Positions 58,053 through 64,000 of a stretch of 64,000 nucleotides of DNA are shown in pieces. How positions within the stretch are numbered: the stretch's first letter is position 1; each line of letters begins with the position of its first letter. The notes beneath the pieces are model-generated. The model was given only the letters and a program-made list of their open reading frames with translations, did no database searches and had not been told where the DNA came from. This DNA is from Candidatus Kerfeldbacteria bacterium (GTDB lineage: Bacteria > Patescibacteriota > Patescibacteriia > SBBC01 > CAIJZX01), in the NCBI GenBank assembly GCA_903825245.1, contig CAIJZX010000016.1, positions 2,100-66,099 of the forward strand, read 5' to 3'. The translations under genes and the position numbers were made by a program.

Positions 58053-58129
58053 GGGCAGGGCATCATGAAGCTATGATGTTCCTGCCCGCTTCACTTGAGT
58101 GCTGAAAAAAATCAACATTCAAGCGAAGC
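58053..58129. repeat. Two-hairpin intergenic element copy 2 (GGGCAGG-loop-CCTGCCC; CTTCACTTGAGT-loop-ATTCAAGCGAAG)
   Basis: See copy 1. Confidence 0.55.
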
Positions 58130-58205
58130 TCAGTCGAAAGATTGCGCTTCCGATCCTTACAACTTGCTACAAGTTACACAATACCTCAACCACGGAAGGG
58201 AAGCT

Positions 58206-58859
58206 ATGCGCTTCGTTTCTGATGCAGACCGTAAGGAGCTTGAGGCCTTGATGTTGGCCGACCTCTATTACATCCAGGCACAGGAAGACAACCAGCGCTG
58301 GTATGAAGCACTGGGGAGCACTCAGTCCGAGCAGGACATGCTGGGCACTGTCAATCGCGTCACCAACATGATCGGCAGCGAAACCGCTGACGAGCTCGAC
58401 GATCTGTACGAGTTGAGCAGGATGGTCGAGAGCAACGACGACACCATCGTTTACATCGACGAACGCCACCAGCTCGGCTTCGCTCTGTACTATCGTCGGG
58501 TCAAGTTCATCCACGGCCTGCCGGTCATGACGAAGCGCCAGCGCCATCCGTATGACGGTTCGTGCCGCTACGCCAAGCTCCATCACGACAACAAGATGTA
58601 TGATCGCGAGCGTAAGCTCGAGCATCTCCGCCGCTGGCAGCCCGAAGATCTCGACGAGGTAAATGACCACGACGAGGATTCGGACATTCTTTCGGCAGGC
58701 GAGCTCGTCGCCGAAGACCTGCGCGAACGTGAACGTGATTGGGCGATCGACGAACTCATCGGCAGTGGCGCGGAGTATTACGACGATGAATTCGAAGATG
58801 ACGAGACCGGCCCATACGTCGGTTACGGCAAAAATCGTTCGTACCACACCAACCCGTAA
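58206..58859 (+). CDS. Hypothetical acidic protein
   Basis: Internal Met with SD-like GGAAGGGAAG. Confidence 0.45.
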   Translation: MRFVSDADRKELEALMLADLYYIQAQEDNQRWYEALGSTQSEQDMLGTVNRVTNMIGSETADELDDLYELSRMVESNDDTIVYIDERHQLGFALYYRRVKFIHGLPVMTKRQRHPYDGSCRYAKLHHDNKMYDRERKLEHLRRWQPEDLDEVNDHDEDSDILSAGELVAEDLRERERDWAIDELIGSGAEYYDDEFEDDETGPYVGYGKNRSYHTNP

Positions 58860-58873
58860 GAAAAGGGGATCAC

Positions 58874-59440
58874 ATGAATCGAATCCTGTTGATCGCGGCG
58901 ATGTTCTGCATCCTGCTCGCTACGGCGGTGCAGGCTGCTCCGGACACGCTGAAGGTGCACCTGAACGGTGGCCAGCCGATGCTGGTCACGACTGAGGATA
59001 TGCCGGCGTCGACGTACCGTTTGACCGACCAGCGAGTCGATCAGATCGTCGATCACTCGGTCAAGACAGCGCTCACTGCTTCTCGACCGCGCATCGTCTA
59101 CCGCTATCGGTATATCGCGACCGAACCGATGGTCATTCACGACACGACCGTCGTGGCCGCGCCGTTTACCTGGTGGCAGTCGAACCATATGGGGTCCATT
59201 CCGGACTGGTTCTGGCCGCTGTTTACCGTCGTGGCGCTCGCGGTGCTTCTCGGTATCGCGCTGGGCGGCGGTCTCCGCGATCGTCCCGGACGTGACGGTC
59301 GGGATGGACTTCCGGGTCGTGACGGAAGGGACGCGATGTCGGAAGCCACTGATTCGCCGATGTTGCGACTCCAGTATCTGCCTGAGGGCACGGAGATCAC
59401 GATCAAGCGCGATCGTCCTCCTGTTGTTCCGAAGACGTAG
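58874..59440 (+). CDS. Hypothetical secreted protein with TM helix and short collagen-like GRDGRDGLPGRDGRD tract
   Basis: Signal peptide, SD AAAAGGGGA. Confidence 0.5.
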   Translation: MNRILLIAAMFCILLATAVQAAPDTLKVHLNGGQPMLVTTEDMPASTYRLTDQRVDQIVDHSVKTALTASRPRIVYRYRYIATEPMVIHDTTVVAAPFTWWQSNHMGSIPDWFWPLFTVVALAVLLGIALGGGLRDRPGRDGRDGLPGRDGRDAMSEATDSPMLRLQYLPEGTEITIKRDRPPVVPKT

Positions 59441-59729
59441 TTGTAGCAAGCGGTTCCGGTGGTGCATTGAGCCTTACGCTCGGTGCACCACCATCTTTCT
59501 CGAAACTTTCAGCAAACTGGAAGTTTCAAGCAAGGTAGCGCTGACTCATTGACATCGCAATATACTTGGCTAACACTATACGTGTTGGCGGCAACTCTGG
59601 CTTCACTAGTGACGTTCGTACACAGTAACGATGAATGTCCTGCCTCTGGCAGGCTCCTCCATTCGTTGATGCGGCGTGCGAACCCCTCCTGGTGGAGCCG
59701 GAGTTGTTTTGTATTTGGTTTACTTGCAA

Positions 59730-61373
59730 ATGAATCAAAAAAATGTCATACTGAAAAAACGTATGTGGCAAAAACTGTGGTACAAATTGCAGACAACCAT
59801 CTTCGGCGGCGCCATCATCGTTAGCTCAAGTTGGATTATCAGTAAAGTGCTTGGATTCGGGCGTGAATGGCTGATTGCTCGAAATTTCGGTACAGTCGGC
59901 GCGGATCCTATCTACGCCGCTTTTACTATTCCAGATTTCATCTATGGGACGCTCATTTTGGGTTCGCTCCTAACAGCGTTTATTCCCGTTTTCATCGCGT
60001 ATCGCAATAAAAATGAAGATGAGGCTTGGCGGATCGCGCGGTCACTCCTGAATATTATCGTTATTGTCTTCATTGTCTTCGGTTTCATTTTACTAGCTGC
60101 TGCTGGTCCAATTATCCACATTCTCGTTGGCGACAAAATGTCTGTGGCTGCGCAACACGAAAGCGCTATGCTGATGCGGATTATGTCGATGAATATGCTA
60201 CTCTTCGCGGTCAGTAATATATTCGCTGGAGTTTTGCAAGCCTCAAAACAATTTTTGGCTGTTTCCGTGGCACCGATTATGAACAATCTCGGCGCTATTT
60301 TTGGTCTGCTCGTTCTAACACCGCACATCGGTGTGGCCGGTGTGGCCTGGGGTGCTGTCGTCGGCGCCTTACTCCATTGCGGCATTCAAGCCTATGCTGC
60401 CGTTAAAGTCGGTTGGCGATTCGGACCAACCGCCGGATGGCATCATCCGGGAGTAAAACAAATCTGGAAACTTTTATTACCGCGCACGATTGGACAATCA
60501 GTGACACAAATTGATCAATTGGTGAATGTTCCGATTGCTACGCGCATCGGCCCGTCAAACTTAACGATTTTCCGTCGGGCAAATATTCTGCAAGATTTTC
60601 CGAGTAGCGTGGTCGGCGTGTCACTAGCCACCGTTGCATTTCCTACCTTCGTGGAATTACTCACGGCCGGAAAGAAAGATGAGTTTATTAAAGCTTTTTC
60701 GCAAATTGTTCGCCAGATTTTATTCATTATTATTCCAATTACGGTATTATTTATTCAACTCCGCGCACAATACGTCCGGATCGCCTTTGGTACCGGATCG
60801 GTGAGCTGGTCGGACACGATTGCCACCGCCCAAACGCTCGGTTTCTTTGCTATTTCCTTTTTTGCTCAGTCGTTAATTCCCGTTTTGGCTCGATCCTTCT
60901 ATGCCATGCAAGATTCGGTTACACCGGTGCGCATTACCATGGTCGCCGTCGGTCTCGATATTGTTGGATCAATCGTCCTCGGTACGACCATGGGCATTAC
61001 CGGTTTAGCGTTATCCTTTACCATTTCCAGTGTTATTAATGCCACCTGGCTGTTCGTCGCATTACATCGGCGCGTTGGACATCTTGACGAAGATAAAATA
61101 ATCTTAGCTGTAACGAAAATCTTAGCTGTAACGTTAATCATGGCGGTCGCCGTTCAGGTCGCGAAACCTGTGACGGTCAGCTTTGGTTTTGATCTGGACC
61201 ACAGTATCGGCGTCTTTATGCAAGCCTTCGTCGGAACATTAGTCGGAACGATTGTTTTTACCACCTTCGCCGGTCTACTCAAACTTGAAGAGGCGGCGCT
61301 CATCACTCGCGCCATTCAACGTTTTTTCCGCCTCGGACGAAATGGTAACGACTCATCGGATAACGCCTCATGA
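59730..61373 (+). CDS. murJ: Lipid II flippase MurJ (MviN)
   Basis: 14-TM MurJ architecture and conserved N-terminal region; start ambiguous (59730 or 59763). Confidence 0.85.
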   Translation: MNQKNVILKKRMWQKLWYKLQTTIFGGAIIVSSSWIISKVLGFGREWLIARNFGTVGADPIYAAFTIPDFIYGTLILGSLLTAFIPVFIAYRNKNEDEAWRIARSLLNIIVIVFIVFGFILLAAAGPIIHILVGDKMSVAAQHESAMLMRIMSMNMLLFAVSNIFAGVLQASKQFLAVSVAPIMNNLGAIFGLLVLTPHIGVAGVAWGAVVGALLHCGIQAYAAVKVGWRFGPTAGWHHPGVKQIWKLLLPRTIGQSVTQIDQLVNVPIATRIGPSNLTIFRRANILQDFPSSVVGVSLATVAFPTFVELLTAGKKDEFIKAFSQIVRQILFIIIPITVLFIQLRAQYVRIAFGTGSVSWSDTIATAQTLGFFAISFFAQSLIPVLARSFYAMQDSVTPVRITMVAVGLDIVGSIVLGTTMGITGLALSFTISSVINATWLFVALHRRVGHLDEDKIILAVTKILAVTLIMAVAVQVAKPVTVSFGFDLDHSIGVFMQAFVGTLVGTIVFTTFAGLLKLEEAALITRAIQRFFRLGRNGNDSSDNAS

Positions 61374-63151
61374 AACAACTCGATCAGATACGAAACTTTT
61401 GTATCATCGCGCATATCGACCACGGAAAATCAACGTTGGCCGATCGTTTTCTTGAGGTTACCGGCACTGTCGCCAAGCGGGAAATGCAAGAACAGCTGCT
61501 CGATTCGATGGATATTGAGCGCGAACGCGGTATTACCGTCAAACTCGCACCAGTTCGGATGCAATGGCAGGGGATTGAATTGAACCTGATTGATACACCG
61601 GGCCACGTTGATTTCCAGTATGAAGTTTCTCGTTCGTTGGCGGCAGTTGAAGGAGCAATTCTTGTGGTCGACGCAACGCAAGGCATTCAAGCACAAACAC
61701 TAGCCAATCTTGACTTAGCAAACGCACAGGGACTGACTATTATTCCCGTCGTTAATAAAATTGATTTGCCAAATGCGGAAACCGAACAAGTGGTGGACGA
61801 TTTAGTTAAACTCCTCGGTGTTGAAGCCTCAACGATTATCCGCGCTTCGGCGAAAGCGGGTATTGGTGTGACTGATATCCTCGATCACGTCGTACGTGAC
61901 GTTCCGCCACCCATCGGAAACGTTGAGGCACCACTGCGGGCACTGATTTTCGATTCGACTTTTGATGCTTTTCAGGGCGTCATCGCTTTTGTTCGCGTGA
62001 TTGATGGGCAGGTTAAGGCAAATAGCCATATTCACTTTATCGCCACACAGACTTCCTCCTTAGTTCTTGATGTTGGCACGTTTACTCCGAAACGAAAAGT
62101 TAGTCCCGTTTTGCAGGCTGGAGAAATCGGCTACATCGTTACCGGTCTGAAAGACGTGGCTCACGCTCGTGTCGGTGATACCGTAACCATTGATCCACCA
62201 ACCGTTACGGCGCTGGAAGGATATCGTCAACTGCCGCCCATGGTTTACGCCGGGTTATTTACTCATGCCGGCGACGAATATCCAAAACTCCGCAAAGCCA
62301 TGGAAAAATTGCGTCTTAACGATGCCTCGTTGACGTTTGAACCTGAGCAATCACCGGCGCTCGGTTATGGGTTTCGTTGTGGTTTTTTAGGGCTACTTCA
62401 CCTCGACATTGTCCGGGAACGATTAGAACGCGAGTATGGCATGCACGTCCTTGTCACCGTGCCGTCAGTTGGCTACCATGTTTACCAAAAAAATAAACCG
62501 GATCCAATAATTGTCCGCAGTCCACTCCAATTACCAGATATGTCGACAGTTGATCGAATTGAGGAGCCGATGATGAAACTCAATGTCGTAACACCAGCCA
62601 CCACGATCGGCGCCGTGATGCAAGCCACCCAAGAACGACGCGGCACATTTCTCAATCTTGATTACATTGACGCCGATCGTGCGTTACTCCATTTCACCAT
62701 CCCACTCGCTGCGATCTTGATTGATTATTATGATATACTAAAAAGCGTCACGGCAGGTTACGCTTCACTAAATTACGAACTGAATGGATACGCCGTCGCT
62801 GATGTTATACGCATGGACATCGTTGTAGCTGGAGATGTTGTTGAGCCGCTGGCGACGATTATCTACCGTGATGCGGCACAGCGTGCCGGTCGAAAAGTTG
62901 TAAGCTCGCTCAAAGAGATTTTACCCCGCCAACAGTTTGAAGTAAAAATTCAAGCCGCTATCGGTGGTAAAATTATCGCCTCGGAACATTTGCCCGCCAT
63001 GCGAAAGGACGTTACGGCTGGATTGTACGGCGGTGATGTGACGCGAAAACGAAAAGTATTAGAAAAACAGAAAAAAGGAAAGGCGCGAATGAAAACCATG
63101 GGCAAGGTTGATATCCCGCCTTCAGCCTACCTGGCCGTTCTGAAACACTAA
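61370..63151 (+). CDS. lepA: Elongation factor 4 (LepA)
   Basis: G-domain AHIDHGKSTL…DTPGHVDF…NKIDL; LepA C-terminal domain. Confidence 0.95.
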   Translation: MKQLDQIRNFCIIAHIDHGKSTLADRFLEVTGTVAKREMQEQLLDSMDIERERGITVKLAPVRMQWQGIELNLIDTPGHVDFQYEVSRSLAAVEGAILVVDATQGIQAQTLANLDLANAQGLTIIPVVNKIDLPNAETEQVVDDLVKLLGVEASTIIRASAKAGIGVTDILDHVVRDVPPPIGNVEAPLRALIFDSTFDAFQGVIAFVRVIDGQVKANSHIHFIATQTSSLVLDVGTFTPKRKVSPVLQAGEIGYIVTGLKDVAHARVGDTVTIDPPTVTALEGYRQLPPMVYAGLFTHAGDEYPKLRKAMEKLRLNDASLTFEPEQSPALGYGFRCGFLGLLHLDIVRERLEREYGMHVLVTVPSVGYHVYQKNKPDPIIVRSPLQLPDMSTVDRIEEPMMKLNVVTPATTIGAVMQATQERRGTFLNLDYIDADRALLHFTIPLAAILIDYYDILKSVTAGYASLNYELNGYAVADVIRMDIVVAGDVVEPLATIIYRDAAQRAGRKVVSSLKEILPRQQFEVKIQAAIGGKIIASEHLPAMRKDVTAGLYGGDVTRKRKVLEKQKKGKARMKTMGKVDIPPSAYLAVLKH

Positions 63152-63273
63152 CGAAAGAGTGGCAGAAGCGTAAAACCAAGCATGCTCGCGATCATGAAGA
63201 ACGAAGCAATAATGATGATCCGACGCATGGTACGTTGTTTCATAGGAAACGGAGTTCAATAAATCATTGTACA

Positions 63274-63915
63274 ATGAATATCTCTGACTATCTTACCAAA
63301 CAATTGCAAAGTGGTGAAGACCTGATCCGTGTCGTGCGGCGACACCCGGCCACGTTGTTTCCCTCAGTCGGACTCGGGAGTTTTATAATTTTGCTTGATT
63401 TTTTCTTAGTGACGTGGTGGTTTCGCCATCATCAGTGGGGGGTTATCGGATTTTCCCTGGTAGTCGTGTTTGGCATCATCGTCCTCGTCCGCGGAATCTA
63501 CAGTTGGTCACACAATGTTTTGGCCGTCACCAGTGATCGCGTCATCGACATCAATCAGCATGGCTTTTTTGAACGAAATGTTACCGAAGCGACCTATGAT
63601 AAAATCCAAGATGTTCGATATACGATTCGCGGCTTGTGGCCGACGCTCTTTCGTTTCGGCACGATTGTCGTCCAAACAGCCAATGCCACTACACCTTTAG
63701 AGCTAGCCGATGTACAGCATCCAGCGGAGCTCCAGCAGTTAATTACCGATATCCAACGACAATCAACCGCTCAACGAGGCAATGGTAATGTAACCGCGGC
63801 TGAATTACTCCACGTCGTTGATCGTTTGAAACGGGAAATCGGTCCGGAAGGCGTTGATCGAGTATTGCGTCAATCAGCAATGAAAAATTTTCCAGGAGAT
63901 CAAAAGAATGGCTAA
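63274..63915 (+). CDS. Membrane protein with bacterial PH-like (YdbS/YdbT-type) domain
   Basis: Two TM helices followed by bPH-like beta region. Confidence 0.55.
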   Translation: MNISDYLTKQLQSGEDLIRVVRRHPATLFPSVGLGSFIILLDFFLVTWWFRHHQWGVIGFSLVVVFGIIVLVRGIYSWSHNVLAVTSDRVIDINQHGFFERNVTEATYDKIQDVRYTIRGLWPTLFRFGTIVVQTANATTPLELADVQHPAELQQLITDIQRQSTAQRGNGNVTAAELLHVVDRLKREIGPEGVDRVLRQSAMKNFPGDQKNG

Positions 63916-64000
63916 ACGACAGCCACAGTGGTTTTCCAACCCCAGCTGGTGGATTGTCGTAGTCGCCGGATCACTGTTTGTAACGTTCAGCATCGGCATT
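63908..64000 (+). CDS. Partial ORF (N-terminus of a membrane protein), continues beyond window
   Basis: ATG at 63908 followed by hydrophobic segment. Confidence 0.3.
   Translation, partial: MAKRQPQWFSNPSWWIVVVAGSLFVTFSIGI

Noticed and set aside
1-64000. CRISPR arrays, rRNA and tRNA genes, integrases or transposases
   Set aside because: No direct-repeat/spacer arrays, no rRNA-like conserved blocks, no cloverleaf candidates with a GTTCRANYC T-loop in intergenic regions, and no recombinase-like ORFs were seen by eye. Absence of tRNAs is not proven without tRNAscan.

Overview
This 64-kb window appears to come from a small-genome, mid-GC (~48-50%) bacterium that uses the standard genetic code (TGA functions as a stop). 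The gene content (class E sortase with a LAXTG-anchored giant adhesin, an orphan PilT, deoxynucleoside kinase, bifunctional PGI/PMI, amylomaltase, many small hypothetical proteins) is compatible with a Patescibacteria/Saccharibacteria-like or other reduced Gram-positive-type lineage; that taxonomic placement is inference only. Recognisable core genes are rplJ-rplL, typA/bipA, lepA, lexA, a uvrD/pcrA-type helicase, murJ, tsaB, mltG, manC, rmlC, malQ, an RNase P RNA (rnpB, not present in the ORF track) and an exopolysaccharide locus (wbaP, two GT4 genes, wzz). The window is compositionally mosaic. Host-like mid-GC DNA is interrupted by several ~55-62% GC islands, recognisable from dense antisense ORFs and GC3-rich codons, and these islands carry almost exclusively hypothetical genes. 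Six things are worth a second look. (1) A sortase E / giant vWA-isopeptide-domain LAXTG adhesin / Ig-like protein operon whose adhesin gene contains a ~320-bp near-identical internal repeat. (2) A ~39-bp degenerate duplicate of the bipA 3' coding end lying 1 kb from the real bipA stop and flanking a GC-rich RNase III-like gene with a degenerate catalytic signature, which looks like an integration scar. (3) A ~530-nt promoter-to-terminator transcript at 53.7-54.25 kb with no credible ORF, a candidate large structured ncRNA. (4) A 5-kb GC-rich island at 54.4-59.4 kb with nine same-strand, SD-preceded small secreted or membrane protein genes, including two paralogous two-hairpin intergenic elements with compensatory stem changes. 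(5) An ABC transporter whose substrate-binding component is fused to an OmpA-like domain, sitting in the largest GC-rich block. (6) A lexA gene followed by a 5'-truncated Y-family polymerase, and an orphan Cas4-like nuclease. All motif coordinates are read by eye and may be off by a few nucleotides. No database searches or structure-prediction runs were possible.
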